Shown here in pieces: positions 28,462 through 38,414 of a DNA stretch of 64,000 nt (position 1 is the stretch's first letter; every line of letters starts with the position of its first letter). Both the position numbers and the translations under genes were made by a program. The notes beneath the pieces are model-generated. The model was not told where the DNA came from, ran no database searches, and saw only the letters and a list, made by a program, of their open reading frames with translations. Source of the stretch: a virus; the IMG/VR virus record IMGVR_UViG_3300013004_000026, positions 104,428 through 168,427 of that record; one strand, written 5' to 3'.

Positions 28462-30762
28462 TTAAATTACACAGCTTTCGCAGTCTTCTTGTTCAATGGG
28501 AGCTAGTTGTTCTTCTTTTGCTGAAAGTTTATCTACATCAATTTCGCCTTGGCCATCGTAGGTATTAAAATAGTATAGTTGTTTACCGCCGTACTTGTAA
28601 AACTGTACCACATGGCGCAGCATGTCGCTCATGGGAATTTTTTCATCATCGTAGAATTGTGGATTGTAACTGGTGTTGACACTGATGCCTTGATCAATGT
28701 ATTTTTGTAACACTGCGCAAATGTTCATGTAACCTTCGGGGCTACGCTGATTCCACAGCAGTTCGTACTTGTTTTTTAATCTACGGTACTCTGGCACCAC
28801 TTGTTTGAGAACGCCATCTTTGCTTTGTTTCACGCTAACATAACTGCGTGGCGGCTCAATGCCATTTGTGGCATTGCTGATTTGTGCGCTGGTTTCGGCT
28901 GGCATCAATGCCATTAGTGTGGCATTACGAATACCAGTGGCAAGAATCTGCTCTCGCAGACTCTGCCACGGCATGCGCTCTTGGTGTGCTACCAGTTCAT
29001 CTACTTCTTTCTTGCGTGTGTCAATTGGCAACACACCGTCAGCATATTTTAGATCTTGCCAACGAGTGCATGGACCTTGTTCGGCTGCTAGATCAGCTGA
29101 TGCCTTGATTAAATAATAACTCCATGCTTCTGCATATTCATCCACCAGAGGTAGTGCCTGGGGGTTTGAATAGCTGGAGTCATTCTTGGCCAGCCAATAG
29201 GCAAAGTTAATAATACCAATGCCTAGCGGACGAAATTCTTGGGTTGCCAGTTCTGCTGCTAGTACAGGATACTGCTGATAACTTAACAATGCATCTAAAC
29301 CACGAACTGCTAACCGACACATCTTTTCGAAGTCATGTGGGCTTTTTACATTGCCCCAATTGATCGCTGATAGAGTACATAAAGCGATCCTACCATCTTC
29401 ATCGTTGACATCGTTCAACGGTACAGTTGGCAAATCGATTTCACAACAAAGGTTACTCATCTTGATAGGAGCACGGTCTGGCTTGAATGGACTATGCGTG
29501 TTAGCATGATCCACATTTTGTAGATACACACGACCAGTGTCCTTGCGTTCCTGCATGAATTTACTAAACAACTCCGCTGCTTTGATTTTTTTCTTTCTAA
29601 TCTTAGTATTGCGTTCAGCGGTTTCGTACAGTTCTTTGAAATGATCAGCATCCGTAAAAAATGCATCGTACATCTCTGGAACATCTTTTGGCGAAAACAA
29701 TGTGATGTCTCCGCCTTGCAACAATCGCTCATACATCACACGATTGAACTGCACTCCGTAATCCATATGGCGCACACGATTGTCTTCGGTGCCTTTGTTG
29801 TTTTTCAGCACCAGCATGTCTTCAATTTCTAAATGCCATATGGGATAATACAAGGTGGCTGCGCCATTGCGCACGCCGCCCTGACTGCAACTGCGAGTGG
29901 CTGCCTGGAACAATTTGAAGAAAGGAATCACACCAGTGTGATATGCATCTCCATTACGAATAGGGCTTCCCAGCGCACGAATACGACCTGCACCAATTCC
30001 AATGCCGGCTTTTTGGCTCACATACTTTACCACGGCGCTGGTTGTGGCATTGATGCTGTCTAGGCTATCGCCTGACTCAATGAGCACACAACTGGAAAAC
30101 TGTTTCTGCGGGGTGCGTACACCTGCCATCACAGGCGTAGGCAAACTGATGTCATGATTGGAAATAGCATCGTAATAATCTCTAACCCAGCGCAGTCGTG
30201 TTTCTCGAGAATATGTTTGAAACAGTGTGGCAGCAATCAGCAGATATGCCACCTGCGGTGTTTCAAAAATTTCCTTGGTCACACGATTCTGTACTAGATA
30301 TTTGCCACGCCATTGTTCCATGGCAGCATAGGTAAAGTTTTCATCGCGCTTGTGATCCATGTAGCTGTTCAAAGTGTTCCACTCGTCTGCGGAATAAGCG
30401 GCGAGAAGACCTTTATCATAAAATCCCGCCTCCACATTTTTCTTCACCAAATCCAGCAGGGGCCATGGTTCATAGTCTCCGTAGACTTGTTTACGCAAAT
30501 GGTACACTATCAGCCTGCCAGCCACATATTGATAGTTTGGTGTGTCTTCAGTGATAAGATCAGCTGCTGCTTTGATAAGCGTTTCTTGAATCTCTGATGT
30601 TTTAATTCCGTTGAAAAACTGAATATGACTCTTAATTTCTACTTCACTGGCACTAACACCTGTTATGCCTTCTGTGGCCCAGAAAACCACCTGGTGTAGT
30701 TTTTCTAGATCCAATGGCATCTTGGCGCCGTTTCTTTTTGTAACTTGTATTTGTTGACTCAT
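28462..30762 (-). CDS. nrdA: Ribonucleotide reductase class Ia alpha subunit
   Basis: ATP cone (VTKRNG), SSCVL, SNLCCEI, YY and C-terminal CESC. Confidence 0.97.
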   Translation of the reverse strand: MSQQIQVTKRNGAKMPLDLEKLHQVVFWATEGITGVSASEVEIKSHIQFFNGIKTSEIQETLIKAAADLITEDTPNYQYVAGRLIVYHLRKQVYGDYEPWPLLDLVKKNVEAGFYDKGLLAAYSADEWNTLNSYMDHKRDENFTYAAMEQWRGKYLVQNRVTKEIFETPQVAYLLIAATLFQTYSRETRLRWVRDYYDAISNHDISLPTPVMAGVRTPQKQFSSCVLIESGDSLDSINATTSAVVKYVSQKAGIGIGAGRIRALGSPIRNGDAYHTGVIPFFKLFQAATRSCSQGGVRNGAATLYYPIWHLEIEDMLVLKNNKGTEDNRVRHMDYGVQFNRVMYERLLQGGDITLFSPKDVPEMYDAFFTDADHFKELYETAERNTKIRKKKIKAAELFSKFMQERKDTGRVYLQNVDHANTHSPFKPDRAPIKMSNLCCEIDLPTVPLNDVNDEDGRIALCTLSAINWGNVKSPHDFEKMCRLAVRGLDALLSYQQYPVLAAELATQEFRPLGIGIINFAYWLAKNDSSYSNPQALPLVDEYAEAWSYYLIKASADLAAEQGPCTRWQDLKYADGVLPIDTRKKEVDELVAHQERMPWQSLREQILATGIRNATLMALMPAETSAQISNATNGIEPPRSYVSVKQSKDGVLKQVVPEYRRLKNKYELLWNQRSPEGYMNICAVLQKYIDQGISVNTSYNPQFYDDEKIPMSDMLRHVVQFYKYGGKQLYYFNTYDGQGEIDVDKLSAKEEQLAPIEQEDCESCVI

Positions 30763-30776
30763 TGATTCCTCTGACT

Positions 30777-31223
30777 TCAATAACGATCCAGCCCTAAATC
30801 AGCACTGGAATATTTGATAATTTGTACTAAGCTCTCTGGTATTGATTTTTTATTTACAACCTCGCTGGATTCTAAATTAAGAACATATTTCCCATTGTTA
30901 ATCCAAACTAAATTAAACTGGTGAAGTGTTCCGTGCTGACGATACACACGCACTTCTAAATCACAATTTTTATGATCACTTAGATGTAGAGTGTACACTA
31001 TTGCTAGAGCTTTTGCAAGATCGCAGTAGTAATTCTCGGCAATTAAAGTCCACGGATCTGGCCAAGTATCTGGCCTGTCGTACTCAAGGTAAAAAGGAGT
31101 AAAGGGTGCTCTACTCCAGAATCTGGCCACATGTTCCAGCGCAGATTCAATGGACATTGAATCTATTTCTTTACGAAATCTTTTCCAATAGTCCAACCGT
31201 TCAGCTGGAGATAGTTTCCACAT
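30777..31223 (-). CDS. Hypothetical protein, possibly transglutaminase-like fold
   Basis: PW.L...YCDLAKAL...H..LV....YVLN pattern. Confidence 0.45.
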   Translation of the reverse strand: MWKLSPAERLDYWKRFRKEIDSMSIESALEHVARFWSRAPFTPFYLEYDRPDTWPDPWTLIAENYYCDLAKALAIVYTLHLSDHKNCDLEVRVYRQHGTLHQFNLVWINNGKYVLNLESSEVVNKKSIPESLVQIIKYSSADLGLDRY

Positions 31224-31237
31224 GAACTTACTTATGT

Positions 31238-32854
31238 TTAGACAAACTTGGTTATTGAATATGTCAAGGTGCCAGAGCCGCTGCCGTCACTGGTGTATGC
31301 CAAGTTTGCCTGCGTGGCACTGATACTCATGACCTTGAAAGTTACTCCAGTAGGGCCCGGATACGAAAAATTACCCGCATCAGGATACTCAACATATTCG
31401 TCCATGTATTGCACATTGGTTCCTGCATGCACAATGTCAATTTTGCCATGTCTATATGCACTGGCGCTGGGTCTCTGCAACCAATAGTGTACTGTGGCAG
31501 CACCATTGGTTCCGTCAAATACAATACCTGTGTTTGCATTAGTTTGACTTGCACTAATGGTCAGCACTCGTCCAGGTGCTTGATTGACCTTGCCGAGACT
31601 TATACCGGTGTTGGCATCAAAACTCATGCTCACACTAGCTGCTGGTGTGCTTACCCGTGGTTGTACTGCATGATCTTTTTCGTCGCGAACAAAAACATCG
31701 CCTATGCTGTGATTGCCACTGCCACCAAATGTCACCACTGGGTATGCGGCAGATCCTATGCCTGCATAGGCTGTGCCAACATCATCATAAAAGTTCATGC
31801 TGCTGATTACAGAAGTGTAAATGTTTGTATTAGCTGCTTGAACATTAATGGCTGATCTAGCAATGTCGTCAAAGGTACTGTTTATTACTTTGATATTTTT
31901 TGTTTCAACCACCGTGGCTGTGGTGTCAATTACCACTGCCTGACTTAACTGTTTGAAACCGCAGCCAATGAATCTAATGTCTGTTCCATTAAGCACTGCA
32001 CCTTGAGTGCAGTTGTTGAAATCACATTCAACAAAACTTACATTTCGTATAAAGCCAGAATTGCTCAATGGTCTTGCATAAACAGCATTCTGTAATGCAA
32101 CATTGGCACTGTTGGGGCTGCTTTGACTGCCTTTGAACACCACTCGTATAAATTCAACTCGCTCAGTGGTATCTAGTCTTACAATATCTTGATTGACAAG
32201 ATGTTCAAGAGTCATGTTTTCAATGTAAATATCTCGGGCCACTGTTGCACTACCAGTGCCGTAGTTTGCATCAATTTTGTTTTCGCTGTCTTTAAGTTGA
32301 ACCAATGGATAAAGATTTGAACTCTGTCTAATTATGGTTCTTCCTTTGCCCTCGCCTTGCAAGATAGCAAAGCTGGGCAATTTTAGGCTGGCGGTAATTA
32401 GATACACACCAGCCGGGAAATGAATAATTCTACGCAGTCTTGGTGTAGTCAGTGAGAAGTTACCAAAATACACTTCGTCAATGGCTCGTTGTATAGCTGC
32501 GGTATCATTGGTGTTACCGTCGCCCACAACACCGAAGTCGCGTACATTTACATAATCATCAACTTTTTGCTGTAGCGTACGAGTGATCGGTTGATCTGTG
32601 GTAGGACCAGTTCGACTGGTGTAACCAGACTGACTGCCTCTAAATGTATAGGCATCACTGATGTTCAACAGATCTGAATACTGTGTGAGAATTTCTGTCA
32701 CACCAGTCTCTGGTGCACCTTCAGCAATGGTTCCATTGCCAATGTACAGCTGGCGTGTGTCAACAGCCCATCCTAACTCTGCGCTGGCCAGCTGTGGTAA
32801 ATCCTGTTGCAGCCCTTTACGGTGCTGAATTCTTGATATCTGAATAACGGCCAT
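31238..32854 (-). CDS. Tail fibre/spike protein with pectate-lyase-3 beta-helix
   Basis: N-terminal IQHRKG..L.SAELGWA.D..LYIG attachment module; VNVRDFGVVGDG.TNDT.AIQRAI, FPAGVY. Confidence 0.8.
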   Translation of the reverse strand: MAVIQISRIQHRKGLQQDLPQLASAELGWAVDTRQLYIGNGTIAEGAPETGVTEILTQYSDLLNISDAYTFRGSQSGYTSRTGPTTDQPITRTLQQKVDDYVNVRDFGVVGDGNTNDTAAIQRAIDEVYFGNFSLTTPRLRRIIHFPAGVYLITASLKLPSFAILQGEGKGRTIIRQSSNLYPLVQLKDSENKIDANYGTGSATVARDIYIENMTLEHLVNQDIVRLDTTERVEFIRVVFKGSQSSPNSANVALQNAVYARPLSNSGFIRNVSFVECDFNNCTQGAVLNGTDIRFIGCGFKQLSQAVVIDTTATVVETKNIKVINSTFDDIARSAINVQAANTNIYTSVISSMNFYDDVGTAYAGIGSAAYPVVTFGGSGNHSIGDVFVRDEKDHAVQPRVSTPAASVSMSFDANTGISLGKVNQAPGRVLTISASQTNANTGIVFDGTNGAATVHYWLQRPSASAYRHGKIDIVHAGTNVQYMDEYVEYPDAGNFSYPGPTGVTFKVMSISATQANLAYTSDGSGSGTLTYSITKFV

Positions 32855-32880
32855 TTGCTAAAAACCCCTGTATGGAGTAT

Positions 32881-33591
32881 TTAGCTCATCAGGTAGTATA
32901 GCTCAACTCGCTTGAGCCACTCTTCCTTCCAGTGTGCAAATTCAGTGCTTTCGATGGTAAATTCCTGGTATTCTGGGGTACTGTAGGTGCCATCTTCTAG
33001 CAGTTTTGGCTGTGCGCACATCAATATCACGCCATCCTGTATGTTGGTACCGTGTGTTTCATTGTGTGCTTCTGCATAGGCTGCAAGCTGTAAAAAATAA
33101 TCTCCAACCCATTCGCGTTTTTTAGGCCGGTTGGTCTGCTTGAAATCCATAATTGCAGGACGACCCTTCCACACACCCACACAGTCTGTGGTACCCGCAT
33201 ATAACCCACTATAATAAACAGGCACTTCTGACCCCCAGAATTCATCCACATGACACAGGCCTTTGAGGATAACTTCTGCTGCCATGAACCAACTGGGGTG
33301 TGCATAAGGATTGGTAGGCAAGGGTTTCATGTCATCCTGCAGGATAAATGATTCCAAATAAGCATGCATACGAGTACCGCGATTGGCTGCTTCTGTGGTA
33401 ATGGCTTGAGCACGTTCCACCCCCACACGGTTACGCCATTCCTGAAGTTTCTGCTTGGCTTCCTCTGGCTTGGTGCGATCTAGAATAGTAGTAACACTGG
33501 GTACTTTGCTGCCATCAGGCAAGCAATAGTGTCTCTTGCCATCCACAGTTGTTCTGTTGATTGGCGTGTAGTCATATCGTTGAATTATCAT
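32881..33591 (-). CDS. PD-(D/E)xK exonuclease (phage exonuclease/Cas4-like superfamily)
   Basis: PSVTTIL, RGT.MH, E..YAGTTDC, IMDFK, QL.AY. Confidence 0.85.
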   Translation of the reverse strand: MIIQRYDYTPINRTTVDGKRHYCLPDGSKVPSVTTILDRTKPEEAKQKLQEWRNRVGVERAQAITTEAANRGTRMHAYLESFILQDDMKPLPTNPYAHPSWFMAAEVILKGLCHVDEFWGSEVPVYYSGLYAGTTDCVGVWKGRPAIMDFKQTNRPKKREWVGDYFLQLAAYAEAHNETHGTNIQDGVILMCAQPKLLEDGTYSTPEYQEFTIESTEFAHWKEEWLKRVELYYLMS

Positions 33592-33918
33592 TTATATTCG
33601 AAAACTTTCCCCGCATCCGCATTCGCCTTTGGAATTTGGATTGCGAAACTCGAACCCTTCATTGAGTCCTTGTCTTACATAGTCTACTTCTAGTCCACTG
33701 ATGTACACATGGTCTTGACCATTTACCCATACCGTGGCACCATTGCTTTCATACTGGAACCAGTCACGAGTAACAGGCGCAGTGTCCATGTATTCTAACA
33801 CATAAGCCAGGCCCGAGCAACCAGTGGTTTTTACACCAATGCGTATGCCCACTCCATGTCCTCGGCGTTCAATATGTGCAATAACTTTTTTAGCAGCTTG
33901 TTCAGTCAGTGTTATCAT
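33592..33918 (-). CDS. iscA: Fe-S cluster assembly A-type carrier IscA
   Basis: GCSGLAY and CGCGESF. Confidence 0.95.
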   Translation of the reverse strand: MITLTEQAAKKVIAHIERRGHGVGIRIGVKTTGCSGLAYVLEYMDTAPVTRDWFQYESNGATVWVNGQDHVYISGLEVDYVRQGLNEGFEFRNPNSKGECGCGESFRI

Positions 33919-34376
33919 GTGTGCCAGATCTCATCAAAACCTTCTTGTTCAGTGGGTTCTTCCCAGTCGCCCAGCATTTTTTCCAGCACTGAGTCAGGAA
34001 TCTCTTTACCTGGTCTGCTGTCAAGGCGGCGTCGTAATTCCATTGGCTCCGGGGTAGGAAAAACTACAGCCACCATCTTGTAGTCAGGCAGCATGCGAAA
34101 CTTTCTAGCACGGCTGGCTGTGGTAGTAGAAGTTTGATCCCAGATGATATCTTTTTCTTGTTCTCTAGCATCAATCACCTGAGCAGCCATGATGTTCACA
34201 GCCTTGGGCATGTACTCGTCAAATATTTCAGTATAAGTTTTTCCCTGGCGGTCAGCTTCAATTTGCACCCAAACATCTGTTGACGCATAGGTACAATCTT
34301 TTGCCCAGTCTTGATTAGACACCCAGGTGCTTTTGCCCGAGCCAGGTACGCCTACTAGGATATATGCTGTTGGCAT
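33915..34376 (-). CDS. P-loop kinase (AAA_33/polynucleotide-kinase-like)
   Basis: GVPGSGKST, IIWDQTS, R..SR. Confidence 0.8.
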   Translation of the reverse strand: MPTAYILVGVPGSGKSTWVSNQDWAKDCTYASTDVWVQIEADRQGKTYTEIFDEYMPKAVNIMAAQVIDAREQEKDIIWDQTSTTTASRARKFRMLPDYKMVAVVFPTPEPMELRRRLDSRPGKEIPDSVLEKMLGDWEEPTEQEGFDEIWHT

Positions 34377-34747
34377 CAATGTTTGCTCTTGTAGTCAATT
34401 ATGGCTGCTTGAATCGCGTCTTCAGCAAGAATTGAGCAATGTATTTTAACTGGGGGGAGTGCAAGATGTTCGGCGATCTCAGAATTCTTAATAGATCCTG
34501 CTTCTGCCAGCGTCTTACCTTTGACCCACTCCGTAACGAGTGATGAACTTGCAATGGCTGAGCCGCAGCCATAAGTCTTGAATTTTGCGTCCGTGATAAT
34601 GCCATCTTGCACCTTGATTTGTAGTTTCATTACATCACCACATGCAGGTGCTCCCACCATGCCTGTGCCTACTGTGTCGTCAATTTCTAATTTTCCTACG
34701 TTACGGGGGTTTTCGTAGTGATCTATAACTTTGTCTGAATATGCCAT
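34376..34747 (-). CDS. iscU: Fe-S cluster scaffold IscU
   Basis: MAYSDKVIDHYENPRNVG, ACGD, GCGSAIASSS, LPPVKIHC. Confidence 0.96.
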   Translation of the reverse strand: MAYSDKVIDHYENPRNVGKLEIDDTVGTGMVGAPACGDVMKLQIKVQDGIITDAKFKTYGCGSAIASSSLVTEWVKGKTLAEAGSIKNSEIAEHLALPPVKIHCSILAEDAIQAAIIDYKSKH

Positions 34748-34748
34748 T

Positions 34749-35210
34749 TTATTGTGTGTTAGATGTATCGTAGGTCTTGGCAAAGATATCTGCTTTGACA
34801 GCACCATAATCACCAGGTCCATGTTTGACAATGTAGTCATTGCCTGTGGTGTAGTTTAGATTGCCCCAGCTGGTATGTAGTACACCGTCATGGTCAGCAA
34901 GTTTTGCTACCTTGAGTATTTTCTTAGGTGTGCATTCACCGTCACCGAGATCGTCTTTGTATTCACGGAACTTTTCTGGTGTGATAGGATACTGTTCGCC
35001 TTTGGGGCCTGTCATGATATAATGACCCGTATCGTAGCTAACAGGACCTTCTAGTGTTTCCACTGTGCCAGGGGCTTGTGCTATTTGGTATTTTTCAACA
35101 GCAGGCTTTTTGAATGTTTCAAATGATCCTTTTTCAAACCAAGCATCATTGATTGCTGTTTCGGCTTCAACTATCATATTACTGTACTTTCGAAAAAATA
35201 TTGAGTCCAT
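34749..35210 (-). CDS. PGDYG-domain protein (internally duplicated)
   Basis: Two repeats: TLEG..YIMTGPKGEQYP and TSWG..YIVKHGPGDYG. Confidence 0.65.
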   Translation of the reverse strand: MDSIFFRKYSNMIVEAETAINDAWFEKGSFETFKKPAVEKYQIAQAPGTVETLEGPVSYDTGHYIMTGPKGEQYPITPEKFREYKDDLGDGECTPKKILKVAKLADHDGVLHTSWGNLNYTTGNDYIVKHGPGDYGAVKADIFAKTYDTSNTQ

Positions 35211-35228
35211 GTAAAAAACCCTACTGTT

Positions 35229-35257
35229 ATTGTAAGGTATTTATTTGGCTATGTCAA
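35229..35257 (-). promoter_or_regulatory. Composite promoter (sigma70 with TAAATA in the spacer)
   Basis: TTGACA-N17-TACAAT; TAAATA at 35238-35243. Confidence 0.6.
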
Positions 35258-35262
35258 GGATT

Positions 35263-35643
35263 TTAACTTCTATTAGAAGCAGCTCGTTTGGCCATTGCGT
35301 CAACAACTTTGGTAGGATCTTTGGCGTTGCCACTGTTCCCGGTGTCTTGCTCGCTCTCTGGGCTGGTACCGGGCTCATCTCCAAAGGGCTTGAAGCTGAT
35401 GTTTTTTTCGTCTAGATTGGTAATGAGATTTTTGAATGCTGGCTTGCTCATCATGTTTTGCAGCAATTGGTAATTTAACACACGGCTGCCTGCCATGTTG
35501 TTTACCATGTTAATAAACCCCGCGGTGCTGTGCGGGGTTGTTAACTTTTTGTTATGGTCTCGGTTACGCAAAAACTCCAGCGTGGTCAATATCTGCGCAG
35601 TGAGTTGATCCGAGTCCTCACTCAAGAACTCGTGTATGCGCAT
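35263..35643 (-). CDS. Hypothetical late protein (internal-head-like N-terminus)
   Basis: Starts MRIHEFLSE. Confidence 0.6.
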   Translation of the reverse strand: MRIHEFLSEDSDQLTAQILTTLEFLRNRDHNKKLTTPHSTAGFINMVNNMAGSRVLNYQLLQNMMSKPAFKNLITNLDEKNISFKPFGDEPGTSPESEQDTGNSGNAKDPTKVVDAMAKRAASNRS

Positions 35644-35645
35644 GA

Positions 35646-36338
35646 TTATCTCTTGCCGCGACCAAGTGTTTCGCCGCCGCCGGCAGCAGCATCGGTTGCA
35701 GCAAATTCATCTGGTGCTTCAATATCGCTGGCCATGTCTGGTGCAGGAGGAGCTTCCATGCCAGGCATACCTGGAGTTCCCATGTCACCACCTGGCATGC
35801 CCATTGGGGCAGCTACCTGTTCACCAGCCAGTGTTCTAGCAGCACCGTCAGATGCTTCGCGAGCACCTTGCAGTGCTGTTACCAACTCTTGCAGGATAGG
35901 AGTCACTGTGCCTTTGAAAGCATCAGCTTGTGGTTGACCAATTTGGTCACGAATGGTGTCCAGCAGTGCAGGTAACTGTTCGTTTTGCATTTTGCTGATG
36001 TCTTCTAGCATGTCCTGGAAGCTGTCTACGATGTCCTTGGCAGCCAGAATTGCACCGCTTTTGGCAATTTCGCTTTCTGTGAGTGGACGATTTTCGTCAA
36101 TCCAACGATTGAGTCCTTCGCGCACCATGAGCATTTCCATGTACTTTGGATTCTTTTCTGCTGTGTGAACGCCAAAATTATACTTTAGACGGTTTAGGTT
36201 TTCTGTCAAACTGACGCTGAGCTCTCGAGCTTTGCGTAAATTCAGCTTGCTGTAATCAATGCGAAAACCAAAGCGATTTTCGTTGATTCTGTTAATCTTA
36301 AGAGATGAAGGTTTAGTTGCGAGTTCTTGCAGTTTCAT
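35646..36338 (-). CDS. Hypothetical late protein, possibly prohead core/scaffold-like
   Basis: Starts MKLQEL; LTE motifs; acidic Pro-rich tail; TAAATA upstream. Confidence 0.55.
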   Translation of the reverse strand: MKLQELATKPSSLKINRINENRFGFRIDYSKLNLRKARELSVSLTENLNRLKYNFGVHTAEKNPKYMEMLMVREGLNRWIDENRPLTESEIAKSGAILAAKDIVDSFQDMLEDISKMQNEQLPALLDTIRDQIGQPQADAFKGTVTPILQELVTALQGAREASDGAARTLAGEQVAAPMGMPGGDMGTPGMPGMEAPPAPDMASDIEAPDEFAATDAAAGGGETLGRGKR

Positions 36339-36834
36339 GGTTTTTAGTTTCCCATACTTTAGAGTATTTAGCACTGTAGATTGTTTTTTGCATATTAGTT
36401 TTTAGATTTTCCAACCTTGGACGACTAATACTTAGCCTAGCTAAAAATAGGTCTTGTTTGAAAGCGTCATGACTACGCACTGCCTGTGCTAGTCCGTGTG
36501 TGTAATCTGTTACTTCTTGCAACATTTTTGTGAGAGCTACATCCATATGCACAAATTCTTGCGCTTTATGATACATGTTGCGGCTTTCGTACAAGCAAAA
36601 CAACACAGCAGCAGGGGCTACAGAAAATGTGTGCAGCGTGATACCGTACTGATTTTTTACAATCCAGACACCGTGCTGTTTCTTGAGTACAAATTTACCA
36701 ACACGATACAGATGTTTACCAACATCTACACATACGAATTCACGGCTGTCTACTAGAGCTTGTAGTTCTTTTTGGGTCCAACGGTCCAACATTCTTGCGG
36801 CTACTTCTGTTATTACTTCAGCAGTTGCAGTCAT
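36313..36834 (-). CDS. Hypothetical protein
   Basis: ORF from ATG 36834. Confidence 0.55.
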   Translation of the reverse strand: MTATAEVITEVAARMLDRWTQKELQALVDSREFVCVDVGKHLYRVGKFVLKKQHGVWIVKNQYGITLHTFSVAPAAVLFCLYESRNMYHKAQEFVHMDVALTKMLQEVTDYTHGLAQAVRSHDAFKQDLFLARLSISRPRLENLKTNMQKTIYSAKYSKVWETKNHETARTRN

Positions 36835-36844
36835 AGTGACTTGT

Positions 36845-37072
36845 TTAGACAAACGTTGATTGTTCTGGGATTTTTTTGTAATAGGTAACTTGCCCATTTT
36901 GATTTTTCCTGTACAGCACATCCTTGACCACTAGGTTATTGGCCAGCACAATCTCGCGTTCGTTGAGATCCTGCCTGGACACGCTGCTGTTATCGTAGAA
37001 TTTAGAAAGGAGGTCAGCTTCCTCATTTGTTACGGGCATGGACACGCCCTGTACGACCTCAATAATTTTCAT
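36845..37072 (-). CDS. Hypothetical protein
   Basis: 75 aa; ATGA overlap with the upstream gene. Confidence 0.6.
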   Translation of the reverse strand: MKIIEVVQGVSMPVTNEEADLLSKFYDNSSVSRQDLNEREIVLANNLVVKDVLYRKNQNGQVTYYKKIPEQSTFV

Positions 37073-37326
37073 TTGTTTATAAAATGCACTAGCACGGTTA
37101 TAAGCCCAGTTATTAAAACACTGATCACAGCGGTGCCAATGGCTATCAATTGTTTGCTCTGGCGATCACCTGCGCCAGCCAAGGTTTGCTTGATATCAAT
37201 GATATGAGTTTCAAGCTGTTCGACCTTTCTTTCCACGGTCTCTAGTTTGGTTTCCAACTTTTCATACCTTTCCGCACACAGCTCGACGTGGGCTTCAAGG
37301 TTGGTTTTTTCAATATTTGTCGACAC
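37069..37326 (-). CDS. Coiled-coil protein with C-terminal TM helix (holin/XhlA-like architecture)
   Basis: GTG start with GGAG RBS; heptads followed by a hydrophobic helix. Confidence 0.6.
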   Translation of the reverse strand: MSTNIEKTNLEAHVELCAERYEKLETKLETVERKVEQLETHIIDIKQTLAGAGDRQSKQLIAIGTAVISVLITGLITVLVHFINK

Positions 37327-37411
37327 CGACTTGCTCCGTATGGTTAACGATGCTGTTGTTGAGCCTTGATATGAGCCTTAATAAATTGCCTGTAATTGCC
37401 AAAACATCAGG

Positions 37412-37849
37412 TTATGTATTTACACCAAATGACGCAGTCTTAAAATATATGTTTTTAATGGCGCCGTGAGTGTAAAACACAGGCAACATGAAACGAGCAG
37501 TTTCGCTGAGATAGGTAATCACTGGAACTTGATCAAAATCTAAGTGCAGTAGATGTGCAGGATCAACAGCATCACCGAACACACCTGCGTGATCCACGGT
37601 GAAAGCAAAGCTCCATACACGGTGTGTGCCAGAGTAAAACTCTCCAAATTCATATGCGTTTAATTCTACTTCGTCAACTCGCCAACTGGTTTCCAGAGGC
37701 TGAGTGCGGATACCTATGCACTGTAACACTGTTTCCCAGTTGCGCTGTTGATTGCGCGGCAGATCATGTTCAACTTCCGTGTGTACCACTCCTGTTGGAG
37801 TGATATCAACAAGAGTATAACCAATGAATGTTTTGTCGGGCGAGTACAT
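37412..37849 (-). CDS. Hypothetical late protein
   Basis: 145 aa; TAAATA 8 nt upstream. Confidence 0.6.
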   Translation of the reverse strand: MYSPDKTFIGYTLVDITPTGVVHTEVEHDLPRNQQRNWETVLQCIGIRTQPLETSWRVDEVELNAYEFGEFYSGTHRVWSFAFTVDHAGVFGDAVDPAHLLHLDFDQVPVITYLSETARFMLPVFYTHGAIKNIYFKTASFGVNT

Positions 37850-37868
37850 GATGCAAATATTTAGTCAC

Positions 37869-37893
37869 AAAAAAAGCACCTTGCGGTGCTTTT
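37869..37893 (-). terminator. Rho-independent terminator
   Basis: AAAGCACC-GCAA-GGTGCTTT plus T-tract on the - strand. Confidence 0.85.
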
Positions 37894-37912
37894 CTTGTCA
37901 CGGTGAATGTGA

Positions 37913-38356
37913 TTATGGACGACGATAAGCAAAGTGTGTGTCAACAACTTCTGCGTTGGTTGCTGTAACTGCGCCTACGCTACCAATGTTACCAAGGGTA
38001 CGAATAACAGTTTGCAATGCCGCATTGCTGGTCCAACCTGAACGCTCTACTAGAACTGTCATGCTAGCACCTAAAGCGCCGGCTGCTGTGCCAGTATTAG
38101 CTGGGTTCACTTGATATGCAAGAACAGAAGCATTGCTTGAAATTGTTTTCAACAATGTATCAACTGCGCCTGGTACGCCTGAACCGTTTGGTCCACCTAG
38201 CTCTGCTGCCAAGTTACCTACGATTTCAATATTGTAAACATTCAAAGGACCAGCAACACCTGTGCTGATAATTTTACTGTTTGCATTTCTTGTGGTGTCT
38301 CCACCAACGTTTTGCACGTTTTGTGCATCACCATTTACTCTATTAAATACAGCCAT
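37913..38356 (-). CDS. Probable abundant virion structural protein
   Basis: Own TAAATA, AGGAG RBS and terminator; Ala/Gly/Asn/Val-rich. Confidence 0.6.
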   Translation of the reverse strand: MAVFNRVNGDAQNVQNVGGDTTRNANSKIISTGVAGPLNVYNIEIVGNLAAELGGPNGSGVPGAVDTLLKTISSNASVLAYQVNPANTGTAAGALGASMTVLVERSGWTSNAALQTVIRTLGNIGSVGAVTATNAEVVDTHFAYRRP

Positions 38357-38414
38357 TTTATTTCTCCTAATTTTAATGAGCGCAGTGCGCTACATGCAAA
38401 TATTTATGATCTTG

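Noticed and set aside
27327-30762. Introns or inteins in nrdA/nrdB, or in the helicases
   Set aside because: The ORFs are continuous and of normal length.
32881-33591. Cas4 of a CRISPR system
   Set aside because: No four-Cys Fe-S motif, array or other cas genes; a typical phage exonuclease.
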